Assembly (NCBI GenBank): GCA_963822445.1
Contig: CAWGHO010000002.1
Location: 1,536,001 to 1,600,000 of the forward strand
Direction of reading: 5' to 3'
DNA from: an uncultured Acidobacteriota bacterium
GTDB taxonomy: Bacteria; Acidobacteriota; Thermoanaerobaculia; Gp7-AA8
Length of the DNA stretch: 64,000 bases
In this document: one piece after another, positions 48,172 to 56,618 of the stretch
Numbering within the stretch: position 1 is the stretch's first letter
Layout: each line of letters starts with the position of its first letter
The notes under the pieces: generated by a model
What the model was told of the DNA's origin: nothing
The model's input: only the letters and a program-made list of their open reading frames with translations
The model's database searches: none
Made by a program: the position numbers and the translations under genes

Positions 48172-49044
48172 TCACGCCTCGTACTCCGCCTCGCGCGAAA
48201 GCTGTGTGTAAAGCCTTGCAACCTCCGGGTCGAGTGTCGCACCGTCCGCGCGTTGATGCCGCATGCGCGGCGACACGACGCGCACGGCCTCGTCGACCAC
48301 ACCTGCCGGGACGTGAATCCCGGCGAAGGCGAGGATGCGCTCGAGCTCGACGCGCGGTCTCGCCAGCGCCGCTTCGTAATGCGTGACGAGACGATCGCCG
48401 GCGCTGGTCTCCTCGAGGATTCTGGTGTTGCTCACGCGCCAGAGCTCGAGAGCGACTTCCTGGATCAGCGCGCCGCGCTTCCCGGCTGACATGGAGGTGC
48501 GCACCGCGCCCCCCAACCGCTCGTGAAACCGCGATGCGGCATCGCGCAGCCGGATCGCCGAACCGGCGCGCGTCACCGACCAGTAGAACGGCCACGTGCG
48601 AGGAATCAGCCTGCTCGCGAGGAGCGAAGACGCCGTCTCAGCCGGATGCCGGAGGCAGACCAGCACCTTCATCGACGGGATCAGGCTTTTCCAGAACGGA
48701 AGCGTGAGCGCGTTCCGCGGATCCTTCCAGGCCCAAGGCTCCCGTCCTTCGAATTGCGCGAGGATCGACTTCGCTTCGGCGATGATCTCCGGCGTCGACC
48801 GGAGTGTCGCCGGCGGCGCAAACCACGTGGCGCCGTTCGCCGCGAGCAATCGTTCGTTGAGCCGGACGAATCTCAGGTTTTCCCAGTAGCCGTCGGTGTT
48901 GTCGACGCTCGCGGGCATCAGCTGCTCCGGCGGTCCGAGATGGACGCCGCAGCGGTGCAGCAGCTGCGTGACCAGCGACGTTCCTGAACGCGGCATGCCG
49001 GCGACGCAGATCACGATCCGACGCGTTCGCGCAGTTTTTTCCAC
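48172..49044 (-). CDS. Sulfotransferase family protein
   Basis: GM.RSGTS 5'-PSB loop; N..GYWE; WKDPR; RHP...A.SL 3'-PB motif. Confidence 0.88.
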   Translation of the reverse strand: MEKTARTRRIVICVAGMPRSGTSLVTQLLHRCGVHLGPPEQLMPASVDNTDGYWENLRFVRLNERLLAANGATWFAPPATLRSTPEIIAEAKSILAQFEGREPWAWKDPRNALTLPFWKSLIPSMKVLVCLRHPAETASSLLASRLIPRTWPFYWSVTRAGSAIRLRDAASRFHERLGGAVRTSMSAGKRGALIQEVALELWRVSNTRILEETSAGDRLVTHYEAALARPRVELERILAFAGIHVPAGVVDEAVRVVSPRMRHQRADGATLDPEVARLYTQLSREAEYEA

Positions 49045-49922
49045 GTGTGCGGCGAGAGGATCGCGTGCACGAGTGAGGCGGGTCTGGCGACCGCGTGCCG
49101 GAGACTGACGAATGCATACGTGTCGCCGCGCCGTGCGGCTTCGAAGGTCTCCGCCAGCAGGCGACGGCAGATGATGGCTTTCTGGCGCCTGGCGGCGCGT
49201 CGAAACTCGCGCGGATTGGCCGTCGCGCGGGTGAGCTCCGCGGAGCGCTCCAGTACGCGATGGACGGCGGACAGCAGACCATCCGCCACTCGGGACGATC
49301 CTTGTTTCGACCAGAGTGTGGACTGACGGTAGATCGACACCGGCTCGGGCAGTACCGCGATCGGATAGCGCTCCGCGATTCGCAGCCAGAGGTCCCAGTC
49401 ATCGGCGGGCGCGGCTTCGTGAAACACACCGCCGACCGCTTCGATCGCGCTGCGGCGTACGACGGCCGTGCCCGACGGGATGAAGTTGCCGCCGATCAGC
49501 AGCCAGAAGACGTCCCCGCTCGGACAAAACGACGGAAACAGGCAGCCATCGACCGCGAGCCTCTGCGTCGCGGCGTGGACCTGGCCGTACACCAGCGCCG
49601 CGTCCGGCGTTGCTTCGAGGATCGCGACCTGGCGGTCGATCGAGCCCGGCAACCGCGCGTCATCATCGTCGAGGAACGAAATGTAGGTACCCGAGCTCGC
49701 CGCGATGCCCGCGGCACGCGCGTAGCCGACGCCGCGGCGTTCCTCGAGCCGGACGTAGACGATGTCCCGTAACGATGCGCAGACGGCGCTCGTCTGGTCC
49801 CTCGAGCCGTCGTCGACCACGACGATCTCGACCTCTCGTCCGGCCCGTCGTGCGCTCTCGACGGCTCGCTGGAGCAGCTCAGGCCTGTCGTGAGTCGGGA
49901 TGATGATGCTGGTCAGAGCCAT
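49011..49922 (-). CDS. GT2 glycosyltransferase
   Basis: SIIIPTHDR, VVDDGS.D, AR..GI, FLDDDD, DWDLWLRIA. Confidence 0.92.
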   Translation of the reverse strand: MALTSIIIPTHDRPELLQRAVESARRAGREVEIVVVDDGSRDQTSAVCASLRDIVYVRLEERRGVGYARAAGIAASSGTYISFLDDDDARLPGSIDRQVAILEATPDAALVYGQVHAATQRLAVDGCLFPSFCPSGDVFWLLIGGNFIPSGTAVVRRSAIEAVGGVFHEAAPADDWDLWLRIAERYPIAVLPEPVSIYRQSTLWSKQGSSRVADGLLSAVHRVLERSAELTRATANPREFRRAARRQKAIICRRLLAETFEAARRGDTYAFVSLRHAVARPASLVHAILSPHTWKKLRERVGS

Positions 49923-49985
49923 TCCAAGGGTCGCCTGAGAGCGGAGCAGGTTAGCACGCAGCGCGAGGCGCGGTGACCTTCGGAT

Positions 49986-51743
49986 TCAAGGCTGCGTCAC
50001 GGCCTCGGCGACCTCGCTCTGCTCGCGCCACATCCGCGCGTAGAGGCCGCCCCTCGCCAGCAGCTCGGCGTGCGTCCCGGTGTCGACGAGCTGGCCGCGC
50101 TCGAGGACGTGGATGCGATCCGCGCCCGCCACGGTGCCGAGGCGATGGGCGATGAGCAAGGTCATGCGCGTGGGCTCGCTCCGCCCAAGCTCGCGGATGG
50201 TGTCGCTCACGGCGCGCTCGGTGAGCGAGTCGAGGTTGCTCGTCGCCTCGTCGAAGATGAGCAACTCGGGATGGCGCAGCAGCGCGCGCGCGATGGCGAT
50301 GCGCTGGCGTTCACCGCCGGAGAGTTTGAGTCCTCCCTCGCCGATGCGCGTGTCCAGACCCTGTCCGCCGCGATCGAGGATCGTCGTCGCTGCCGCACGT
50401 CGAATCGCGGCGAGACACTCCGTGTCGTTCGCGTCGGGCACGCCGATGTGCAGGTTCTCGCGAATTGTGCCCGCGAAGAGATGCGTGTCATGCGTCACGA
50501 GACCGATGCGGCGGCGGAGATCGTCGCGATCGACCAGCGCGCCGTCGACGCCGTTGAACGTGATCGCCCCTCCGGACGGCGCATACAGTCCGACGAGCAG
50601 CTTCACGATGGTCGACTTTCCCGATCCCGACGGCCCCACGAACGCCACAGTCTCCCCCGCGCGCAGTTCGAAGCTCACGCTGCGCAGCGCCGCGGCGCCG
50701 TTGGGATACGTGAGGCCTGCGTCCTCGAAGCGGATACTCTCCAGCGTCTCGATCCGAATCGCCGAGTCGCTCATCGTCTCCATCGGGATGTTCATCACCT
50801 CGTCGAGCTGACCGAACGTCGCCCGGGCCTGCTGGTAGCGCACGACCACGTTTCCGAGCTCCGTCAGCGGCGCGAACGCGTTCATCAGGAGGTAGAGGAA
50901 CATCGTCAGGAACTCGCCCACGGTGATCTCGTGCCGGTACACGAGCCAGAGCATCGTCACCATCACGACCGCGCGCGCCGCGCTCATGGCCGTCCCCGCG
51001 ATGAGCGTGAACATGCGTACAAGCCGCAGCTTCCTTTCCTCGAGCTGCAGGATCTGGTCATTCAGAAGCTGGAGGCGCCCTATCTCCTGCTCCTCGATGC
51101 CGAAGCTCTTCACCATCTCGACATTGCGCATCGTCTCCGTCATCGTCCCGGCTTCGGACCCGAGTTGGGCGGAGATGCGCTGTTGATGGCGATGGATCGG
51201 TCGCGACACGGACAGCATGAACGTCGCCAGACCGGCGATCAGCGCGATCTGCACGATCCCCAGAATCGGGTGGACGTAAAACGCATACACGGCGATCGCC
51301 GTCATGGCCACTCCGCCGAGGTAGAGACGCACGGCGGAGGTGATCGACTGTTCCGCGTCGTGCCGCGCGCGGTGCATCGTGTGAAGCAGCTCCCCGGAGC
51401 GGCGGTCCTCGTAGATGCGGAACGGCAGCAGCAGGGAGTGCCTGACGGTGGCCGCGTAGAGCTGCGCCCCCACGCGGCGGGCAATGAGGTTGATCCGGTA
51501 CTCCTGCAGAGTGCGCGCGAGCCGCGCGATCATCGTGATCACCACCGAGGCCACGACCAGCCAGAGCACGCCGCGAATGAATGTTTCACGCGGCAGTTCG
51601 TCGATCCGCATCACGTAGCGATCGACGATCAACCGAAGGATGTGCGGGTCGGCGAGGACCAGGAGCTGGTGGACCGTCGCCAGCGCGAACGCTCCTGCGA
51701 GCGCGCGCCAATGCCGGAGCGAGTGTCGGACGAGAAGCCTCAT
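49986..51743 (-). CDS. ABC exporter with fused permease and ATPase (MsbA/PglK-like)
   Basis: N-terminal TM domain; GPSGSGKST, LSGGERQR.AIARA, FDEATS.LD, IAHRL. Confidence 0.93.
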   Translation of the reverse strand: MRLLVRHSLRHWRALAGAFALATVHQLLVLADPHILRLIVDRYVMRIDELPRETFIRGVLWLVVASVVITMIARLARTLQEYRINLIARRVGAQLYAATVRHSLLLPFRIYEDRRSGELLHTMHRARHDAEQSITSAVRLYLGGVAMTAIAVYAFYVHPILGIVQIALIAGLATFMLSVSRPIHRHQQRISAQLGSEAGTMTETMRNVEMVKSFGIEEQEIGRLQLLNDQILQLEERKLRLVRMFTLIAGTAMSAARAVVMVTMLWLVYRHEITVGEFLTMFLYLLMNAFAPLTELGNVVVRYQQARATFGQLDEVMNIPMETMSDSAIRIETLESIRFEDAGLTYPNGAAALRSVSFELRAGETVAFVGPSGSGKSTIVKLLVGLYAPSGGAITFNGVDGALVDRDDLRRRIGLVTHDTHLFAGTIRENLHIGVPDANDTECLAAIRRAAATTILDRGGQGLDTRIGEGGLKLSGGERQRIAIARALLRHPELLIFDEATSNLDSLTERAVSDTIRELGRSEPTRMTLLIAHRLGTVAGADRIHVLERGQLVDTGTHAELLARGGLYARMWREQSEVAEAVTQP

Positions 51744-52843
51744 CGCCAGCCGAATCGAAGCCCTGGGATGGCGCCGGATCGTCTGCGGAGACGCCGGATG
51801 ACGCTATCCGCGATCAGCCTCACGATGAACCTCGACGCAAAAAGCGGGGCGCGTCCGAAGCCGTCGCGCGCGAGCCGGGTCGCGGATGACCGGCGGAGGC
51901 GCACCGCTTCCGCGGCGTGAACACACAACACGAACTTCGCGTCGCGTGCGATCTCGCGATCTGCGGCCGGATCGTCATAAAGGTCGCGAAACCGGTCGCG
52001 AAACGCGGAGATGAATTCGAACAGCCTGGCGCGTTCGAGCGGCAAGCTCGACATATGGACCCCCCGCAACATCAAGCTGAAGTCCGGCCACTCGCTGATC
52101 AGCTGCCTCAGATGGGCATCCGCGGATTCAGGCTGGAGGGCATGCCGCGCGTTCTGCTCGATGACGTTCCGGACGAGCCTGTCGTATGCGGGGTCCAGTA
52201 GTGGCGCCCGCGGTGCGTGGCGGAACCGAACGAGCACGTCCGGCAGGTTGGCCACGTGGCAGTTCGCCAGAATGCGTGAAAACAGCGCGAAGTCCGCGGA
52301 GCGCTGCATGCGCTCGTCGTAACCGCCGACGCTCTCGAAGCTCTCGCGCGTGAACATCACCGTCGAATGGATGAAGGGGGAACCGAAGAGCGACTGCCAC
52401 GCGATCCCGCGCCGTGTCACCGCCCTCGGCGCGACACTCCGAAGCAGCGGTCCACTCGCTTCGAAGTGGTGAGCTTGCGCGCCCACGAGCGCGAGCTTCG
52501 GCTGGGCGGCGAACGCCGCCAGCTGCTTCTCGAGCCGGTGCGGGAGCGCGATGTCGTCCGCGTCCATCCGCGCGATCAAAGCGGCTCTCGATTCGCGAAC
52601 CGCCTGGTTGCCCGCGGCCGCGCTGCCGAGATTGCGCGGGTTGCGAATGACGCGTACGCGAGGATCGCTGATCCGGCGCAGGATTTCAGGCGAGTGGTCC
52701 GTCGAGCCGTTGTCGACGATCACCAGTTCGAAATCCGTGATCGTCTGCTGTAACACCGATTGGATCGCAGCTTCAACGAATGCGCCTTCGTTGTAGACCG
52801 GCATCACCACGCTGACGGCCGGCACTCGGCCGCTCGCGCTCAT
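51740..52843 (-). CDS. GT2 glycosyltransferase
   Basis: VSVVMPVYN, VDNGSTD, ARMDADD, HSTVMF, GGYD. Confidence 0.92.
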   Translation of the reverse strand: MSASGRVPAVSVVMPVYNEGAFVEAAIQSVLQQTITDFELVIVDNGSTDHSPEILRRISDPRVRVIRNPRNLGSAAAGNQAVRESRAALIARMDADDIALPHRLEKQLAAFAAQPKLALVGAQAHHFEASGPLLRSVAPRAVTRRGIAWQSLFGSPFIHSTVMFTRESFESVGGYDERMQRSADFALFSRILANCHVANLPDVLVRFRHAPRAPLLDPAYDRLVRNVIEQNARHALQPESADAHLRQLISEWPDFSLMLRGVHMSSLPLERARLFEFISAFRDRFRDLYDDPAADREIARDAKFVLCVHAAEAVRLRRSSATRLARDGFGRAPLFASRFIVRLIADSVIRRLRRRSGAIPGLRFGWR

Positions 52844-52952
52844 CGTGCAACGGCCCGCAACCGCAAACCGACCGCGGTCATAGGCACGGCGATTTCGTTG
52901 CCGAGGTCGAAGTCTCGCACGAGGGCGATGATACCCGGCCGGGCAAACAGGG

Positions 52953-52990
52953 TGGCTGGGAGAACTGGTGGAGTATCGAACTGCCGTGCT
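52953..52990 (-). repeat. tRNA-Gln 3'-end-like repeat R1 (att-like)
   Basis: TGGCTGGGAGAACTGGTGGAGTATCGAACTGCCGTGCT; the first 11 bp equal the tRNA 3' end (TGGCTGGGAGA). Confidence 0.8.
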
Positions 52991-53005
52991 CGCTCCGAGA
53001 GCTAC

Positions 53006-53422
53006 TCAGCGCCAGCTGACAACGCGCAACCCCTGAAACTGACGAAAGTCAGCGTCGTTGAAGGTCACAAGGATTAGTTCGTTGACATGCGCAATGCCTG
53101 CGATCTGGCCGTCGGCGAAAGGAGGTGTTGCCCCGTGTGCGACCAGGCGGGCACGCTCCTTGGCGTGCCACTCCGCTGCGGCGCGGTTGTAGTCGAGAAT
53201 AGGCATCGTCGCGAGTACGACCTCTTCGAGGTACTGAATGATTGCCTCGCGGCGGCGCGACGGCGGAAGTCGTTCGGCCCCGTATCGCAGCTCATGCCAG
53301 ACGACCGATGAGATTGCAATTTCGTCTTCATGGCGTCTGAGCTTTCGGACTACACCGTGCAGTGGCTTCGGTCGAAGCGGTTCAGACACGACATTGGTGT
53401 CGAGCAGATACTTCAAACTCAC
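53006..53422 (-). CDS. vapC: PIN-domain toxin (VapC family)
   Basis: YLLDTNVVSE, ISS....EL..G, D.QIA.IA......LVT.N..DF; GTGA overlap with the antitoxin stop. Confidence 0.93.
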   Translation of the reverse strand: MSLKYLLDTNVVSEPLRPKPLHGVVRKLRRHEDEIAISSVVWHELRYGAERLPPSRRREAIIQYLEEVVLATMPILDYNRAAAEWHAKERARLVAHGATPPFADGQIAGIAHVNELILVTFNDADFRQFQGLRVVSWR

Positions 53423-53700
53423 AGCCCGATTTCTCTTCCTGGTCGCGCATCCCGCAGATCACTGAAGATCTCATCGGGATCGATCGCCAGTTCGGAGAGA
53501 TCCACTTCGCGAGTGAATTCATCCCACGCCTCGGAGAAGCGGCGTGATCGGGTCGCGAGACGTTCGTACTGTTTTCGGCCGATCAACACAGCCACACTTT
53601 CGCCCCGCCTGGTCAGCACGACGGGCTCACCGGATTCTGCCTGGCGAACAAGTTGGGGGAGGTTGCTTCGCGCTGAGGCTATGGATTGCTGCTTTGGCAT
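53419..53700 (-). CDS. Phd/YefM-family antitoxin
   Basis: SI..AR.NL..LV..AE.GEPV.LTRRG..VAVLI....YE. Confidence 0.92.
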   Translation of the reverse strand: MPKQQSIASARSNLPQLVRQAESGEPVVLTRRGESVAVLIGRKQYERLATRSRRFSEAWDEFTREVDLSELAIDPDEIFSDLRDARPGREIGL

Positions 53701-53713
53701 CAGATGCACCACG

Positions 53714-53731
53714 TGTACATAGCGATGTACA
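53714..53731. promoter_or_regulatory. Toxin-antitoxin operator: two TGTACA palindromes spaced 12 bp centre to centre
   Basis: TGTACA at 53714-53719 and 53726-53731, just upstream of the antitoxin start; same core as YefM-family operators. Confidence 0.7.
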
Positions 53732-53803
53732 TCTTACCATCTGAACCGGGCCTCACAATGGCTCGCCCGTCTAAGCCACGGCAGGTCAGTGGCTTGAAAA
53801 CCG

Positions 53804-53899
53804 TGGCTGGGAGAACTGGCGATCGAACCGCCGTGCTCGAGTGCGGCTTCGAAGAGCTCACGGCGACGCTCGCGCTCGAAGCACTCGGTCGGCACGGCG
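53804..53899 (-). repeat. tRNA-Gln 3'-end-like repeat R2 with adjacent long imperfect hairpin
   Basis: TGGCTGGGAGAACTGGCGATCGAACCGCCGTGCTCG; stem CGCCGTGC/GCACGGCG, CGAGTGC/GCACTCG, CTTCGA/TCGAAG (53829-53899). Confidence 0.8.
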
Positions 53900-53986
53900 C
53901 GTGTGAGGATCGCCACCTTCATCAGCGCTGACGCAGCCGCCCGCGGCTCGACAACCACCGTCACCAGTTTCGTCATCCCGACGACG

Positions 53987-54030
53987 TGGCTGGGAGTATT
54001 GGCGGAGCATCGAAGCGCCGTCGTCGCTCC
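53987..54030 (-). repeat. tRNA-Gln 3'-end-like repeat R3
   Basis: TGGCTGGGAGTATTGGCGGAGCATCGAAGCGCCGTCGTCGCTCC; aligns with R1 beyond the tRNA-identical core. Confidence 0.75.
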
Positions 54031-54091
54031 GACAAGCGGCAACTCGCGACAATCGACCGCCTTGCGCTCTTCGTAGCGCTGGAGCAAGATC

Positions 54092-54337
54092 ATGAGCGTG
54101 AGCGAGCTGCGAATGAAAACGGTTGGGCACCGGAAGATTGAAGGTTCGAATGTTTGGAGTGCGGTGCAACAACTGACCGAGACCGCCGAACGAATTCGCG
54201 GCACCCGCGCGCTGGTTCCTCGGGGCGTCCAGCGTTTCACGACGTTCGAGGAGGCACATGAGTGGATGCTGGAGATGATCGCGAGTACTCACGTCAGCCG
54301 AGGCCGGAAGATCTCACCAAAATCTGCGCCGCCCTGA
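54092..54337 (+). CDS. Small hypothetical protein, putative partner of the nucleotidyltransferase
   Basis: PRGV.RF.TFEEA..W motif; overlaps the nucleotidyltransferase start; alternative ATG at 54113. Confidence 0.55.
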   Translation: MSVSELRMKTVGHRKIEGSNVWSAVQQLTETAERIRGTRALVPRGVQRFTTFEEAHEWMLEMIASTHVSRGRKISPKSAPP

Positions 54338-54744
54338 ATCGAGAGGGAGCTCGCTACCTTCTCATCGGTGGCTTCGCCGTCATCGCCTACGGCTTGGAGC
54401 GGCCAACGAAAGACATCGATTTCCTCATTGATGCCTCACCAGAGAACGTAGAACGGGTCAAGAGAGCCCTGGCGGTACTCCCCGACAATGCCGTTCGAGA
54501 TGTTTCTGCCGACGAAGTAGGCCGTTATGAAGTCGTTCGGGTTGCTGATGAAGTCGTGGTCGATCTTATGGCCAAGGCGTGCGGGATTACGTGGGAAGAG
54601 GCCGCGAGCGACTCGGAGATTCTCGAATTGGATGGAGTGGAGATCCCGATCGTAGGAATCGACACGCTCATCAGAACAAAGCTCACCGTGCGGCCTCACG
54701 ATGCCGCGGATCGCGAATACTTGGAGCGTCTGCGCCGACGTTGA
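54262..54744 (+). CDS. Nucleotidyltransferase (AbiEii/DUF6036-like, pol-beta superfamily)
   Basis: YLLIGG.AV..YG..R.T.DIDF, VDL, L..TK...RP.D..D...L; GGAGG RBS before GTG. Confidence 0.85.
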   Translation: MDAGDDREYSRQPRPEDLTKICAALNREGARYLLIGGFAVIAYGLERPTKDIDFLIDASPENVERVKRALAVLPDNAVRDVSADEVGRYEVVRVADEVVVDLMAKACGITWEEAASDSEILELDGVEIPIVGIDTLIRTKLTVRPHDAADREYLERLRRR

Positions 54745-54768
54745 GAATCAACTCACGGGCCGCAACGC

Positions 54769-54842
54769 TGGCTGGGAGACAGGGAGTCGAACCCCGATTG
54801 AGCGGTTCAGAGCCGCTTGTCCTACCATTGAACGATCTCCCA
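54769..54842 (-). tRNA. tRNA-Gln(CTG)
   Basis: TGGGAGATCGTTCAATGGTAGGACAAGCGG-CTCTGAA-CCGCTCAATCGGGGTTCGACTCCCTGTCTCCCAGCCA: acceptor stem, anticodon CTG, TTCGA loop, encoded CCA. Confidence 0.97.
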
Positions 54843-54885
54843 GTAGAACGAACCTGCGGCAGGGTGCCGCGATGCAAGGTGGGGG

Positions 54886-54915
54886 ATGCTACATGGCCGC
54901 TAACGCCATGGTCAA
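54886..54915 (-). promoter_or_regulatory. Probable sigma70 promoter of tRNA-Gln
   Basis: Minus strand TTGACC (54915-54910), 18 bp spacer, TAGCAT (54891-54886). Confidence 0.5.
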
Positions 54916-54977
54916 GACGTGAATTCCACCGCCGTCCTCCTCGCTACGTGGCACAATCTTCGAGAGTAAACGACGCC

Positions 54978-55307
54978 ATGTTGCCTGAAGTCTTCGAGTG
55001 CCCGCAGTGCCAGAGGCAGTTCGTCTTCGAGCTGGTGGAGGCCTCCGCCGACCAGTCCATCCACTGCCCCCAGTGCAAGCGCTACCTCGGCGAGAAGGAC
55101 CTCAACTTCGTCCTCGTCAGCGAGATCGAAGAGCTCGTGGAGCGCCTCGGATTCGAGCGCGACCGTCTCGAGCGCGACGAGGCCGTCTACTCCATGACCG
55201 ACTGCGATGCCGAGCTTCGCACTTACGGGACCGAGGTTCATAAAGTCGTGAACATCCTTCGGAAGACCGTGGCAGATCTCGACGCGCTCAAGCAGACTTA
55301 CCGGTGA
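54978..55307 (+). CDS. Small zinc-ribbon protein with helical C-terminus
   Basis: Two CPQC motifs; GTGA overlap with the CoA-transferase start. Confidence 0.7.
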   Translation: MLPEVFECPQCQRQFVFELVEASADQSIHCPQCKRYLGEKDLNFVLVSEIEELVERLGFERDRLERDEAVYSMTDCDAELRTYGTEVHKVVNILRKTVADLDALKQTYR

Positions 55308-56479
55308 GCCTACCGCTGGACGGCGTCCTCGTCGCCGACTTCACTCGCGTCCTGGCCGGCCCCCTCTGCACCCAGCTCCTCGGCGACGAAGGCGCGCGCG
55401 TCATCAAAGTCGAAGAGCCGGAACGCGGCGACGAGACCCGCCGCTGGGGCCCGCCCTTCCTCGGCGACTTCAGCACGTACTTCCTCTCCGTCAACCGCAA
55501 CAAAGAGTCGATCACCCTCGACCTGCGCACCGAAAAAGAGCTCGCCCGGATGCTCCTCGAGCGGACCGACGTCGTCATCGACAACTTCCTTCCTCCGCAA
55601 CGCGAAGCGCTCCTGGGCGACGTGCTGGCCATCAACCCGCGGGCGATTCATTGCTCCATCACCGGATTCGATGGCGATACCGCTGAAGCCAATACGCCGG
55701 GATACGACCTCCTGGCGCAGGCCGGGGCGGGGCTGATGTCGATCACCGGCGAGGCCGACGGGGAGCCGTCGAAGGCGGGAGTGGCGCTGACGGATGTGCT
55801 CACTGCGCATTACGCGCACGGCGCGATCTGCGCGGCGCTGTTCGCTCGTGAACGGACCGGAAAAGGCGCGCGGCTCGAGGTCTCGCTTTTCGGCGCGGCA
55901 CTGGCGTCGCTGATCAACGTAGCCCAGGGCTCGCTGGTCACCGGCAACGAGGCGCGGCGCTACGGCAACGCCCATCCGTCGATCGTTCCCTACCAGGTCT
56001 TTCATGCGAGCGATCGCACGTTCGCGATCGGCGGCGGCACCGATCGGCATTTCCGTTTACTGTGCGAGCGGGTGATCGAGCGGCCGGAGCTCGTGAACGA
56101 CGAACGCTTCGCGCACAACACCGCGCGCGTGAACAACCGCGACGTGCTCGTGCCTCTCCTCGATTCGATTTTCAGGACGAAGCCGGCCGCGGAATGGATC
56201 GAGCGGTTGCGCGCGGTGTCGATTCCCTGCTCACCGGTCCGCGGCGTGCTCGAGGCACTGCGCAGCGCGGAAGCGGCGCCGCTGATCGTCGACGCCGGCG
56301 GATTTCGAACCGTGGCCAACCCGGTACGTTTCGATGGCGAGCGCTTGCCGGTGCGACTCGCGCCGCCGAAGCTCGGTCAGCACACCGGCGAGATCGCGCG
56401 CGAGCTCACCACCGCGAATACGACAGAACGAACAGCGCCGCGCACGCGCACAGGACGAACGCCAGCAGGCCGCCGATGA
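55304..56479 (+). CDS. CaiB/BaiF family (class III) CoA-transferase
   Basis: PL.G..V.DFTRVLAGP.CT..L.D.GA.VIKVE.P..GD.TR, NRNK.SI.LDL, GYD, PP.LGQHT. Confidence 0.94.
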   Translation: MSLPLDGVLVADFTRVLAGPLCTQLLGDEGARVIKVEEPERGDETRRWGPPFLGDFSTYFLSVNRNKESITLDLRTEKELARMLLERTDVVIDNFLPPQREALLGDVLAINPRAIHCSITGFDGDTAEANTPGYDLLAQAGAGLMSITGEADGEPSKAGVALTDVLTAHYAHGAICAALFARERTGKGARLEVSLFGAALASLINVAQGSLVTGNEARRYGNAHPSIVPYQVFHASDRTFAIGGGTDRHFRLLCERVIERPELVNDERFAHNTARVNNRDVLVPLLDSIFRTKPAAEWIERLRAVSIPCSPVRGVLEALRSAEAAPLIVDAGGFRTVANPVRFDGERLPVRLAPPKLGQHTGEIARELTTANTTERTAPRTRTGRTPAGRR

Positions 56480-56618
56480 GCAGCATGTGTGACGTGCCGC
56501 CCGCCTTTGCCTCGCCGAAGCGGCGGAAGATGAAATACAGCGCGATCCCGCCGACGGCCGCGATGAACGTCCCGACGATCAAGACCACGATCAGTGCGCG
56601 CTGAAACTCCGGATCCAT
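56406..56618 (-). CDS. Small two-TM membrane protein
   Basis: Two hydrophobic helices; TGn-TACCGT -10-like hexamer 6 nt before the ATG; overlaps both neighbours on the opposite strand. Confidence 0.55.
   Translation of the reverse strand: MDPEFQRALIVVLIVGTFIAAVGGIALYFIFRRFGEAKAGGTSHMLLIGGLLAFVLCACAALFVLSYSRW

Noticed and set aside
50070-51920. 616-aa plus-strand ORF
   Set aside because: Antisense to the ABC exporter
52953-54030. R1-R3 as a CRISPR array
   Set aside because: Spacing is 183-851 bp and irregular, the repeats are degenerate and match the tRNA end, and no cas genes are present
54579-54977. N-terminal extension of the zinc-ribbon ORF
   Set aside because: It runs antisense through tRNA-Gln and its promoter; the likely start is ATG 54978
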